Shown one piece after another: positions 14,252 through 28,718 of a stretch of 64,000 nucleotides of DNA. Made by a program: the position numbers and the translations under genes. The stretch is from Eledone cirrhosa (Eukaryota): assembly GCA_964016885.1 (NCBI GenBank), contig OZ024748.1, positions 6,820,001 to 6,884,000 of the forward strand. Direction: 5' to 3'. The first letter of the stretch is position 1. Every line of letters begins with the position of its first letter. The notes below the pieces were generated by a model that saw only the letters and a list, made by a program, of their open reading frames with translations, was not told where the DNA came from and ran no database searches.

Positions 14252-14987
14252 CTAAATCTCATATAGGATATGGGATTGGAAATAAGTAATGATATTTATT
14301 CCCAACACAATTGTTAGATCCCTCAGCAACAACAAATTTAAGATCGTCAATGAAAGCAACAACAATAATAACAATTCCAACAACATCTACATATTAACAA
14401 CGTCAATGAAAACAACAACAATAACAACAACTTCAACAACAGCAACATCAAATATTACGACAACAACGTCTCAATATCCGCTATGAATGTTCAAACATTG
14501 AGGTATACATACGATTTCCTGGTAAATTTTTAATTTCACTTTATGGATATTTGCCAAAAATGTTAATTGGTTTACTAGCATTCTGGTGTTTCAGTTTACA
14601 GGTCGGTTAGTTTTGACCTTAACTTAATAACTAAATACTATGATACATATCACTCAAATATACTGGCTGACTAATGAATGAAATCGTTGAATCATACACT
14701 ACTTTATAGAGCCAAAAAGGATGAATAAATAAATAAATAAGGATCACTTTGCATAAAGAGATGGATGTGGTGTGGTGTTGTGCTAGAGAATGAAAAGGCA
14801 ACACCAACAAGAATATATATTCATAAATTATTTCTATTTTTTCCAAACCGTTTCTTTACTCTCCAGAACAGATGTGTGATCTTCATCAATTCTGCATGGC
14901 TGATTCTCAGAAAAGCGATGAAAAGGTAAATATATATTAGAGTTCGGTGACACTGCCATTTCATGGGTGAAATATATATATATATAT

Positions 14988-15063
<76 letters not shown>

Positions 15064-15065
<2 letters not shown>

Positions 15066-15331
15066 AGTAAGAATATTTTCGAAACAGCGAGTGGGTTTGA
15101 AATTATTAGAAATATAAGCTATCGCCGTATTTTCACTAAAGAAATTAAAGACATTTTTTAGCCTGATAGTGGGGTTAAGAACCCTCGGAGAAATGGAAAA
15201 AGATGAGTATTGACATACATGTACGTCAATACTCATCTTTTTCCGTTTCTCCGAGGGTTCTTAACCCCACTATCAGGCTAAATAATTTCTTTAATCTCTT
15301 TAGTGAAAATACCGCGATAGCTTACATTTCT

Positions 15332-15337
<6 letters not shown>
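15064..15337. mobile_element. (TA)n-embedded fold-back element with arms of about 118 bp
   Basis: 15102-15219 is the inverted complement of 15220-15337, with essentially no loop. Confidence 0.75.
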
Positions 15338-15405
<68 letters not shown>

Positions 15406-15440
15406 AGAGCAAAAATCCCGAGCACTCTATCTCAAAATTA

Positions 15441-15477
15441 ATTTTGAAAACCATAAGAAATGCGCAACCGGTAAAAA
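15441..15477 (+). ncRNA. Decayed U3:A8-type hammerhead motif
   Basis: tt-TTGAAAA-cCAT-aagaa-ATGc-GCAA-ccgg-TA-aa, collinear with 36026-36063. Confidence 0.45.
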
Positions 15478-15669
15478 CTTAAAACTGAAACTGAATACTA
15501 ACTAATACTTATTACTAATTTATACTTATTCCTAATTAAACTATTTTTCACTGGGAAAAATTTGTCAGCATTTTCTTTTCCTTTTTACTAATATATATAA
15601 TTTAACTACTTTACTTAAACAGCGACCGCATACCGGAGACTTATGTATATTATAGATCGAATAATAATA

Positions 15670-15810
15670 ATGTCTACTATAGGCACAAGGCCACCAATTT
15701 TTGAGGAGGTGAAAGTTGATTAAATCGACCCCAGTGTACTACTGGTGTTTTATTTTATCGATCCCGAAAGGATAACAGGCAAAGCTATCCTCGGCGGGAT
15801 TTGAACTCAG
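15670..15810 (-). mobile_element. SINE S1 variant
   Basis: Antisense central domain and B-box. Confidence 0.75.
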
Positions 15811-15871
15811 CACTAAAGGACATTAATTGTAATTAATATGATAATAATTGTTTTGCTGTTGTTATTTTCTT

Positions 15872-16057
15872 GGATTGGCAGTATTGGTAGAGGATCAGAC
15901 GCTATGCTTTGACGCACAGAGTTACGGCCCTTGCCATTCTGAGTTCAAATCCCGCCGAGGTTAACTTTGCCTTTCATCCTTACGGGGTCGATAAAATAAA
16001 GTACCAGTAATGCACTGGATAATTGCTGGCCTTGTGCCAAAAAGTAGAAACAGTTAT
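15872..16057 (+). mobile_element. SINE S1, full length
   Basis: TGGCAGTATTGGTAG A-box, GAGTTCAAATCC B-box, body and tail. Confidence 0.85.
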
Positions 16058-16312
16058 TTTCTTTTCTTTCAACTCGGCAAAAAACCAACAATTTAAAGGA
16101 TGAGGAAAGTCGACTGAGGACTTGTTTATATTTTATTTTATTGACGGCACAAGGGCGAAGGACAACATTGAACCCGGCGGGAATCGAACTCAGAACATGG
16201 ATTGGTTTAACAGATACGGCAACGCATGGAATATAAATAGTAGTAAATAATGGACACACACATATATATATATATATGTATATGTATATATGTATGTGTG
16301 TACTTGTATGTT

Positions 16313-16392
<80 letters not shown>

Positions 16393-16427
16393 ACACAATA
16401 ATACCCTTTCTCATAAATTGTTTCCAT

Positions 16428-16476
16428 CATACTGACACGGTATGTTTCTTAAATCATTCGACATCTTCAGAATATG
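16428..16476 (-). ncRNA. Candidate hammerhead ribozyme motif
   Basis: CATATT-CTGAAGA-tGTCgaatGATttaa-GAAA-CAT-acc-GTG-TC-AGTATG; stems I and III pair, GUC site, stem II weak; about 40 nt upstream of (TA)n. Confidence 0.55.
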
Positions 16477-16764
16477 TCCAATTATTTTGTTGGTTTCACT
16501 CAACTGCTAACTCAGAGTATCAATTGCTAGAAGACACTTAGATGAACTCTTCCAATGTTTCATGGGATTATTTCACGTTTTGGATGAATGTAAAGACATA
16601 AAAAATACTCTGAATATGTAATCAGATTCTAATAATTGAATTTTAAAGACTTTTATTCTTTTACTGGTTTCAGATATTTGTATATCATAGCAAAGTTTGA
16701 TTAGATGTGGAAAATGAACACTTGGACCAGATTTCCCTAATACTGTCTTGTGAGAGTAAATATA

Positions 16765-16975
16765 TGTACCTAGAAAATGTATATGCCTAAAAAAATATGT
16801 ACCTAGAAAATGTATATGCCTCAAAAAATATTATCTAGAAAACGAATGTACCTAGCAAAAAAAATGTACCTAGAAAATGTATGTACCAAGAAAATGAATG
16901 TCCCTAGAAAATGTATGTACCTAGAAAATGTATGTACCTAGAAAATGTATGTACCAAGAAAATGAATGTACCTAG
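16765..16975. repeat. 17-bp minisatellite (CTAGAAAATGTATGTAC), about 12 diverged units
   Basis: Read directly. Confidence 0.9.
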
Positions 16976-18318
16976 ATCTAATATGGTAAATTGTCAGAGT
17001 CATTACAATGTTGGATAGAATGCTTTTCAGCATTAGTTACACTTCCCCTTGCTATGATTTCAAATCCGACCGAGGTTAACTTTGCCTTTTATCCACACGT
17101 GGTGGATAAAATATTCCAATATAATACCGTGATCGATTCTCCCTTTATATCTCTTTATCACTTCCTCATTATCACACTTTCCATATTGTGTAAGAAATTA
17201 GGTATATTTAGAGCTGGTGGGTGGGATGATGGGCTCTGCCAGGTTTCAACATGTCAATGAAACGACAAACGTCCAAGCCCCCAGTCTCAGAGAATTACAC
17301 CTAGGCAATAACATGGAAATATATTGAAAGCATACTACTCCTGATATGAAGACATCATTTGGACAACACATTTCCTTTACACCTGCTTTATGCACAAAAA
17401 CACAAACACACACCTGCACCCATATAGATACACACACACAAACATCACATATACAACCACATAGAATCACATCAAACATGGGACACCAGTCTATAGTCTA
17501 AATTTATCAGACACTAAAAACAGAATTAGTCGTACACCAAACAGCAACACAATACACTAACACAACAAATTATTGCTTCGTCTGCCTCCGTTTAATCCCA
17601 TACTGTGTAATTTCCCCTCCCCATCTGTCCTTTTTTTTTGTATGGAAGTAGAAACATATATAATATAATCTACATATTTACATAACATTAACAAGACCTA
17701 CAAGGCTATAATATATGATTTGCTATTGTTTAAACGTAGAAATATTCAGATATCTACATCTACCATCACCACCACCACCACCATGAACAACACCATCAAA
17801 GCTGACTGTGTTCCATTCTCTTGTGGTTTTGGTTTTTGTAGTAATGTTGTTGTTGTTGTTGGTGATGGTAATGGTGGTGGTGGTGGTGATGGTGATGGTG
17901 CTGCTGTTGCTGGAGAAGGGCATCGGAGGTGGGGAAAAATTAACATAAAGACCCAATTATTAGTTAATCCCCTGATGTGCATTTTGATCACATCACATAT
18001 ATCTGCTTTCAAAACAGCTGCGATTCCACACATGCATAGACACATACATAGACACATACATAGACACATACATTCATAATACATATATACATATATACAT
18101 TCATACATACATATATATACATATATACATACATACATGCATTCATACATACATACATGCATACATATATACATATATATATATATATACATATATACAT
18201 ATATGTACATACATATATATACATACATACATACATACATATACATATACATACATACACACATGTATACATGTATCTGTGTGTCTGTGTGTATTATATA
18301 ATATTATGTATGTATATA

Positions 18319-18437
<119 letters not shown>

Positions 18438-18443
18438 TATATA

Positions 18444-18497
<54 letters not shown>

Positions 18498-18592
18498 TAC
18501 ATACTTATACAAATATATACATAATGGAAAATTCCGAAACCGCAGAAGTTTGAGATGTGATATTTATCTACCCCAGCTTTGGTTCCTCATAT

Positions 18593-18594
<2 letters not shown>

Positions 18595-18663
<69 letters not shown>

Positions 18664-18714
18664 ACATGCACCACACATGCACACCACACATGCACACATC
18701 CACACACACACACA

Positions 18715-18762
<48 letters not shown>

Positions 18763-18883
18763 ACACATGCACACATCCACACACACACACACACATACAC
18801 ACACACACACACACACATCCACACCACACACCACACATACACACATCCACACACACACACACACACACCACACATGCACACAT

Positions 18884-18920
<37 letters not shown>

Positions 18921-19618
18921 ACACACACCCACACATGCACACATCCACACACACACACACATACACACACACACACACTCACACACACACACACACACAC
19001 ACACACCCACACATCCACACCACACACACACACACATATATACACATACACACACACACACCACACATCCACACACACACACACACACACACACATCCAC
19101 ACCACAACACACATACACACATACACACACACACATCCACACATCCACACCACACCACACACACATACACACACACACACACACACATACACACACACAC
19201 TCACACACACACACACCACACATGCACACATCCACACACACACACACACACATACACACACACACACACACACTCACACACACACACACACACCCACACA
19301 TCCACACTACACACACACACACATATACACACATACACACACACACACACCACACATCCACACACACACACACACACACACATCCACACCACAACACACA
19401 CACACACACACACACACACATCCACACATCCACACCACACCACACACACATACACACACACACACACACATACACACACACACTCACACACACACATACA
19501 CACACACACACATCCACCCCCACCCCCACATACCCACCCACACACATACATCCACACACACACATCCACACACACACACACACATACACACACACACACA
19601 CACACCCACACATCCACA

Positions 19619-19660
<42 letters not shown>

Positions 19661-19687
19661 ACATAGACGCAGAGAGAGAAGGAGTGA

Positions 19688-19730
<43 letters not shown>
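18595..19730. repeat. 1.1-kb degenerate (CA)n tract
   Basis: Read directly; source of the long HT and CV ORFs. Confidence 0.95.
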
Positions 19731-19732
<2 letters not shown>

Positions 19733-19746
19733 GTAAGTATCTTTAC

Positions 19747-19947
19747 ATGATTTTCTAACCAAACACTCTCAGTTTCGTTGTCAGCTGCGTTGGCGAAACT
19801 TTGCGTGACACCAATAAGAAATCTCTTTATCTTTGTGTCAGCTAGTACTTGCGAGTTGGAATACGCACGTTGCATGTAAGAGGAGTTCCACGGGGGTAGA
19901 ATTTCGAGAATCTTGAGGCCTTTTTCAGAGTGATGGAATGAAGGAGG
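19747..19947 (-). CDS. Candidate internal exon (PPSFHHSEKGLKILEILPPWNSSYMQRAYSNSQVL...ESVWLENH)
   Basis: Acceptor ttaattcag|, donor CAT|GTAAAG, 201 nt = 67 open codons, phase 0 to 0, compatible with exon 14092-14251. Confidence 0.45.
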
Positions 19948-20047
19948 CTGAATTAAATGCAAGTATTGCGGGAGATGGTTAGGTACTGTGCTAGCCTCAT
20001 CACCCGGTCCTCAGAAGTAGGGTACAGTAAATGTAAAATACGCTAAC

Positions 20048-20260
20048 TTCAATTCGGTATTCATGCCAACCCTTACATATGGCTATGATGCTTGAGTAAT
20101 GACCGAAAGAACTCGATCGTGAATACAAATGGCCGATGTGAGTTTGCTTCGAACAGTTTTTGGAGTTATGTCACATGATGTACCTCGAGATCGAATAGTC
20201 ACTCGAGGGAGTGCCTCTGCTTCTCCGTATCGAGACATCACAGCTCCGATACTACGAACA
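20048..20260 (+). pseudogene. RTE-clade (Rex3/Expander-like) LINE ORF remnant
   Basis: Manual translation FNSVFMPTLTYGYDA*VMTERTRS*IQMADVSLLR...PLLLRIETSQLRYY matches the post-RT region of RTE elements; contains stops. Confidence 0.8.
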
Positions 20261-20852
20261 AGAAGCAGGATTTGAAAGCCGGCTGGAGGGTTCGCAGCTG
20301 CAATTCAAAAGACCAGCCCCGTCACACATTATGTCACGCTGAGAATTGTGTCACCCCAGAGAATTACGTGGACACGTGTCTGTGGAATTCTCAGTCACAT
20401 ACACGTCAACTTCATATATAGGCTATTCCGTTCATTGCCAATTCTAACATCCATCGTCGAAAAAGACGGAGATCCATTTCGTCGTCATTCATCTGAAAAT
20501 AAAGGAAGAAAAACATTTGAAAAAAAGAGTCACTGTTTCGGTTCATTACATTTATGTTTTATACATTAATTCAAGAAGAATATAGTTGAATATATTAAGA
20601 TTACTGATGTCATTTCATTAAAATTATACAAACTCAATGATATATGGATTGATTTGATTTATAGACATATAGTGATACTGAGCTACAGGGATACTGGTAC
20701 ACTGATAGTCGTACATTACAAACGATGCATATTATTACTATATACTACACGAAAGTCCTTGATTCACAGATATTTTCTACCATTTTGATTAACTATCTAT
20801 CTATTTATCTATCACACTCTCTCTTTCGCTCTCTCTCTCTCTCTCTTCTGTG

Positions 20853-20921
<69 letters not shown>

Positions 20922-21119
20922 TGTATATATATATACTGTATATATATATACACAGTTAACTCAATAAGTTGATAAAACAAGAGTACGGCATTAAGATATA
21001 TATTTGTGATTCAATATCCAGTATAGTGAGGTAGCTCCAGTTGATATGTATTAACTGTTGAATTTGGTGACCTATTTTATTTGTCTCGTGTGTGGCCAAC
21101 AAGATCTTCTTTTTCTTTC

Positions 21120-21272
21120 TCTCCAAGTGAGGCCAGCCAAGATCATGGGTGTTATCCACCCATCTTCCTCGGGGGTTACCCCTGGGTCTCCTGCCGATTG
21201 TTTTGCTCGTAAAATCTGTTCATCAATTCTTTCCTGAGACATTCTAACCACATAGCCATAGAGTCGGAGCTA
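21120..21272 (-). pseudogene. RTE-clade LINE C-terminal remnant
   Basis: LRLYGYVVRMSQER...GRRPRGNPRGRWVDNTHDLGW resembles the RTE LRWxGHxxRM...GRRPRGRPRxRW motif. Confidence 0.8.
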
Positions 21273-21533
21273 TATATTAACACTTCAAATTGCACAAATA
21301 CGGAAAATTCAAGATGACGACATTAAATGCAAGACATAGTAACCATGAAGGATATGTCCATATACGGAAATGAACTCAGAAGACAAAGGGAAATAACTGA
21401 GAAGTCAAGTTATGAAATGTGAAGCTAAATAATTTCAAAGACAACAATAATTGCAGATGTTAGGACGTTATTGTATATTGTATATAGATATAGTATATCA
21501 CAAATATATATCGCACACAGACATATATATATT

Positions 21534-21557
<24 letters not shown>

Positions 21558-21590
<33 letters not shown>

Positions 21591-21729
21591 GTGTGTGTTT
21601 GTGTGTGTGTGCGTGTGAGTGTGTGTCTGTGTGTGTGTATTTTTGTATCTCTGTGTTTGTTTTGTTTCCTTTGTTATATATATATATATATATATATATA
21701 CATACACACACATATATACATACACATGC

Positions 21730-21761
<32 letters not shown>

Positions 21762-21818
21762 ATGTATGTATATATATATATATATATATATACATACACA
21801 CACATATATACATACACA

Positions 21819-21860
<42 letters not shown>

Positions 21861-21882
21861 CACACACATATATACATACACA

Positions 21883-21946
<64 letters not shown>

Positions 21947-22011
21947 TATAAGCATGTGTATGTATATATGTGTGTGTATGTATATATATATATATATATA
22001 TATACATACAT

Positions 22012-22043
<32 letters not shown>

Positions 22044-22076
22044 GCATGTGTATGTATATATGTGTGTGTATGTATA

Positions 22077-22113
<37 letters not shown>

Positions 22114-22196
22114 CAAAGGAAACAAAACAAACACAGAGATGCAAAAATACACACACACAGACACACACTCACACGCACACACACACAAACACACAC

Positions 22197-22260
<64 letters not shown>
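21558..22260. repeat. Inverted duplication of a compound microsatellite, about 700 bp in total
   Basis: Unique spacer tttttgtatctctgtgtttgttttgtttcctttgtta (about 21640-21676) is mirrored at about 22111-22147. Confidence 0.85.
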
Positions 22261-22264
<4 letters not shown>

Positions 22265-22568
22265 TATTATGAAATATCAGCTACATCACTGTTTCTGTGT
22301 TTGTTTTCTCTATATACATATATATATTCCTACGTAATTTTTCATGAGATTACTTTATCTAAATGATCATATTTAAGTATTTTACTCCATATCATCTACT
22401 GTTATAAATATCACACTTCACTTTGATATACAACCAATGATATTGAATATATTTTTGAGTTACGTAATAAACATGATTTCTCAAAAACATATCAATGTCC
22501 ATACTAACACCCAAACATATACAGACACACATAGATAAGTAGATATTATATACTTATATAAATATCTA

Positions 22569-22607
<39 letters not shown>

Positions 22608-22713
22608 GTATGTATATATATATATATGTATGTATATATATATATATATGTATGTATATATATATATGTATGTATATATATATATGTATGTATATATATA
22701 TATGTATGTATAT

Positions 22714-22754
<41 letters not shown>

Positions 22755-23304
22755 TATGTAGATATATGTATATATATGTATATAAATATATGTATGTATA
22801 TATATGTATATATATATATGTGTATATATATGTATATATATATATCTATGTATATATATATATATATACTCATATTTCGAGTACAATTTCTTATTCCATA
22901 TCACTAGATAGCATATTTGAGAATGCAATATTTCACATTAGGTAAAAGCTTCATTATTCATTTGGATTTTTTAACGAGGTATAATTTGATTTATCCTATT
23001 TCTATCATACACTGATATCTTCCCACCATCTTCCCACCATCTTTCCAACATCATCCCAGATGGGACTGGATTTATTTTGAAATGTTTCAATAAATACATT
23101 TTTTGAATTAGACTTAATGAATTTAAAGAAAAAAAAAACATGAACAATTCTCAAATTATCCCATTAAATGTGGCAATTTCTGTTTGTTCAGGACATAAAA
23201 TTTATACTTACTAACATGGTAGTTACCACCAGCTTTCGAGAATGTGGTATATGTATATATATATATTTCATTATCTATAAAGATATAAGTAGTTTCAATG
23301 TAAG

Positions 23305-23329
<25 letters not shown>

Positions 23330-23335
<6 letters not shown>

Positions 23336-23588
23336 TCCTTGAGCAAGACAATTTATTTCACATTGCTCCAGTTTACTCAGCTGTAGAAATGAGATGATAG
23401 AACTGGTGTCCCTATCATTCCACTGCAAAGTGGTCGTGGAGGTACCACGGCAAAAAAGCACCCACCACTCACTGTAAATGAGGTTGGTGTTAGGAAGGGC
23501 ATCCAGCTGTAGAAATCAAGCCAGAATCAGTTCCCGTCCCACCCTTGCAAGCAGGCAAAAGGGGACGTAAAAATGATGATGATGATGA

Positions 23589-23590
<2 letters not shown>
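23330..23590 (+). mobile_element. CORE-like SINE with (GAT)n tail
   Basis: ttgagcaagac...ctccagtttactcagctgtagaaatgag core; ttaggaagggcatccagctgtagaaa; related copy at 30685-30800. Confidence 0.65.
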
Positions 23591-23657
<67 letters not shown>

Positions 23658-24014
23658 TGATACTGTAATTTAAATTCTGAACATATAACAGTTATCTCCG
23701 AGATGATCTGGTTAAGCTAATAACGTATTTAAAATTGAGTGGCAGTGCTTCAAGTGTTCAGCAATTTTGAGACAACTTAATCAGTGAAACAATTGTCAGA
23801 CTGTAAATAAAACCCATTTTTGTTGACCATGTTATTCTTCACTTTTTCAATATTATTACTCCAAGATACACTTACATAGGAATACAAGTGAAATCATAAA
23901 CTCGTCATCTACGTGAACCCCTTGTTGAGTCAAACAACGCCGTACGCTAAAACCATCCATAATACGAAGTATTCACAATCTTAACTGGATTACCTATAAC
24001 AATATTTGGTAATC

Positions 24015-24051
<37 letters not shown>

Positions 24052-24056
24052 ATTTT

Positions 24057-24110
<54 letters not shown>

Positions 24111-24613
24111 AAAGAAGGTGGCGAGAGAGTGGTATATATGAATGGATCAATCTGTGTGTGTGTATATAAGAGCAAATATGTCTGTTTCTATGATATATAA
24201 ATAACAGCTACATGATGGTAGAAGTAAGACAATTCATATGTTTCTTCCGTAATCGATAACTGTATATACATTCATATACACAAATACACAGACATCAATA
24301 CATATATAAGTTTCTTGTTGCATATATATATATTTAGGTATATATACATGTATGTATATATAATATGCAGATTTCCATTTTGAGGTTTGTAAAATTGTGG
24401 GTCAACAATTTATAGACCTGTGCATATGTGTAAGCCTATATACATGGGTGTATATATATATGAGACAGTGTGTGTTTGGGTGTGTGTTTATTAAGCCATC
24501 ACTTATCTAACACCCTTCATGGCTGTCAATTTATAATTAAACTCGTTGATCCATTGGTTGTGCTAGTAGGCTATCTAACACATACTATTTATATACATAG
24601 ACAAACACACACA

Positions 24614-24684
<71 letters not shown>

Positions 24685-24914
24685 TATATGTGTATATATA
24701 AATATGTATATATATATGTGTGTGTGTATGTATGTATATACAATTTTCTCAATATTGTTGTGTATCTGGATCAATCAGATATGTCAAATACGGCAGTAAA
24801 ATATATTCGCTTCTTTGATTAGTTTCTGAAATAATGTCAGTGGAGAGGTGTGACAGTTTGTACAATATATATTTAATGGTGGTGGCAGTAATATATATAA
24901 ATATATATCTATAT

Positions 24915-25034
<120 letters not shown>

Positions 25035-25382
25035 ATGTATATCGTCCAGACATTTATACACACACATGTGGTTTTGTCTTGTATATATATATATATAATG
25101 GACCATTATGGTTTTTGAACTCGGCAATTGAAAAACCATAGCTACACACTGAAAATGTCTGAAAACCAATGCAAGTTAGTGTGAACACTACAGCTAAATC
25201 CTTAGTTGTAATTACAGCAAATAGCTTTGAGTTGTTAGTTTCTAAATAGAGAGTGAAATGGAGCAGTAGATCTCTGATGAGTTTCCAAAGTGTATGGAAA
25301 CCAACCAGAACGATCACACAGGGCATCGAAATCATTTATTCAAATTTCACGGCCAGGCGAACATTGAATTTATATTTAGTGA

Positions 25383-25540
<158 letters not shown>

Positions 25541-25589
25541 GTGCTGGAAAAAACATAATATAAGTTATTGAAAAAGTTGTTTATGAATT

Positions 25590-25624
<35 letters not shown>

Positions 25625-25753
25625 TGGGTGTGTGTGTCTATGTGTGTGTATACATACTTATGTATTACTTGTTTCGGTCTTTTAATATATATACACATAT
25701 GCAATTTTACTCTCTTTATATAACTGCAACTATATATATGTGACGTGTGCATG

Positions 25754-25899
<146 letters not shown>

Positions 25900-26287
25900 T
25901 GTGTATATATATATATTTACATTCAAGTATATACATATGCATGTACATCTGGGTGTGTATAGAGGTAAATGCCTTTGGTATATAGTTGTACACATCTGTT
26001 TAAAATGTTTACCAAAGTCAATATATATATATCGTTATATATTTCTAAATGTATATGTGCATGTGTTTTTGTATCAGTAGTAATGTGTATTTAATACTAA
26101 GTCCACACAGTTAATGCCGTCTAATGAGTTAGTTTTACGTAATTCAGTCATTGACACTATTTACAAAAGCACAATAAATCTTTTATCAACGATAAAAAAA
26201 TATCAGAAATATTCCTTCGTGTATTCTTAATACTGGTTTAATTAAATATTAATCACACACAGACATATGTACACACACACAGGCATG

Positions 26288-26321
<34 letters not shown>

Positions 26322-26386
26322 CACGTACGCATATACACACATATAAGTAGATATGTATGTATACATAGATACGTACACACCGACAT

Positions 26387-26478
<92 letters not shown>

Positions 26479-26506
26479 ATGTATGTCGGTGTGTACGTAT
26501 CTATGT

Positions 26507-26561
<55 letters not shown>

Positions 26562-26961
26562 TTTATGTATGTATGTATACATATGTACTTGTATGTATAC
26601 ATATGTACTTGTATGTGTGTGTGTATGCGTGCGTGTATATATATGTATGTATTATTAGCAGTATCTGTGGTACTGCAAATATAAATCTGTGTGATGAACA
26701 TCCGTCTGTTCTGACGAGGTTTCGATCAACCTAACAGTCTCTGGGGGGAAATTATCGTCCAATTGGCTGTATATTCTTGAAACAGGCGTACCTATGAAAT
26801 ATTTCTCAGGGAGATTCAGTGTGACACTTTGAATTTCAGGTAGAAATCATTTTGTTGCAGCTAAGTGGATAGGAAGCAAACACACTCGGGAATTGAAATG
26901 ATAACTTTGTAAACATGATCCGATCACATTAACCACACGCAAATACACGTTATACTGCGCG

Positions 26962-27162
26962 TATAGATGTCTGTGTATGTGTCTGTGTACATATAGATGT
27001 CTGTGTCTGTGTCTGTGTACATATAGATGTCTGTGTATGTGTCTGTGTACATATATATGTCTGTGTATGTGTCTGTGTACATATAGATGTCTGTGTATGT
27101 GTCTGTGTACATATAGATGTCTGTGTATGTGTCTGTGTATATATAGATGTCTGTGTATGTGT
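26962..27162. repeat. 30-bp minisatellite, about 6.5 units
   Basis: ATATAGATGTCTGTGTATGTGTCTGTGTAC in tandem. Confidence 0.95.
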
Positions 27163-27845
27163 CATTGTAGTTGGGTATGAGACAGAGAAAGCTAGAGAGA
27201 GAGAGAAGGGGAATGAGAAAGAAAAGGATAGAAAGGGAGAGAGAGAGAAAGAACATTATTTTCTATATATTTGTACAGAATTATGTATGTATATATACGT
27301 ATATATATACCTGTGTACATATTGTATCTAATATATTATTGCATTATATTATATTATATTTTATCTATATTATATTATATTTTATATAAAAATATGAGTG
27401 AAGCGTGTATGTAGTGTGTGTGTGTGTGAGTCTGTGTTTGTATGTAAGATTCCAATTATTTGTATGTGTAAAATTTCTAATCATAGAGAATGTGAGTTGA
27501 GCCAAAATGGCGTATTCTTATATTTAAATGACAAATTCTCTCCATAAATTATATCATGTGATGACAGTTCATTTCTTGTCGGAATCGACTTCCTCTTCCG
27601 GATTCACGATATTTCAAGCATTTCAAATTGCTTATATACATTTGTATATGTATATATATATAATTATATATATATACATATATATTTGTATATGTATATA
27701 TATATATAATTATATATATATAATTATATAGTAATATATATATACATATATATTCGTTTTTTTACCTTCAAGAATTAAAAAAATATTTTGTTATCAATAT
27801 TTTTGTTGTTGTTGATTTTATTATTTATATATTTTACGATCTTTA

Positions 27846-27846
<1 letters not shown>

Positions 27847-27876
<30 letters not shown>

Positions 27877-27957
27877 AAGAAGAAGAAGAAGAAGAAGAAG
27901 AAGAAGAAGAAGAAGAAGAAGAAGAAGAAGAAGAAGAAGAAGAAGAAGAAGAAGAAG
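27847..27957. repeat. (GAA)n tract
   Basis: Read directly. Confidence 0.95.
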
Positions 27958-28078
27958 ATTATGATGATGATTTTGAAGGAAGAGGAGATGGGGGAATGGA
28001 GAATAAGGTAAAAGAGTAAAGAGAGAAATAGAGAGTCAGATTATTGAGCTGTGTACACACACACATATACACACACAC

Positions 28079-28143
<65 letters not shown>

Positions 28144-28664
28144 AAAACGGAAATACCAAAAGAGGGTGTTGCCTTACTTGAATCCGAACCTAAATATTTC
28201 CAATGATACAATGATACGCCACTATCTTTAACAATACGCGCCATTACGGCCCATTAAAGCCCACAGCCTCCGCTCATTAGTCGTGTAACAATAGGCAAAG
28301 ATCTTGACAGTTAATCATGTCTTGGCCATACTTTCCTCTGAGACATCAACCATGTGTGTGTGTGACTTTGATGTGTTTGTTATCTGAACTCTGCCTTCGT
28401 AAGTTGATACCAATGGTTCATTAGGCCATTATTACTGGTGCTACCTGACAATATCATATATCTCTGATTCTCTCTCTCACTCTCTTTCTTTCTCTTTATT
28501 TATTTCTATCCATTTCTGTCTCCCTTTCTCTTTCCTTCTCTCTTTCACTCTCTTTCTATTTCTCTATCTATCTCTGAACGCACACCTGTATTCCTAGCAT
28601 AGATTTTTTTTCACTGAACCCACTCAATGTATCTACCCACACACACTCACACGCACACACACAC

Positions 28665-28718
<54 letters not shown>

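Noticed and set aside
15872-15955. tRNA gene
   Set aside because: A and B boxes belong to SINE heads; no cloverleaf; continues into the SINE body
18557-19758. Long ORFs (up to 388 aa) of HT/CV repeats, and all YI-repeat ORFs in the window
   Set aside because: Translations of (CA)n and (TA)n microsatellites, which lack stop codons
25268-25315. CTGATGA-GTTTCCA...TGGAAAC hammerhead candidate
   Set aside because: GAAA is consumed by stem II; no stem III or NUH with a pairing stem I
26706-26740. CTGACGA-GGTT...AACC hammerhead candidate
   Set aside because: No GAAA after the stem and no stem I
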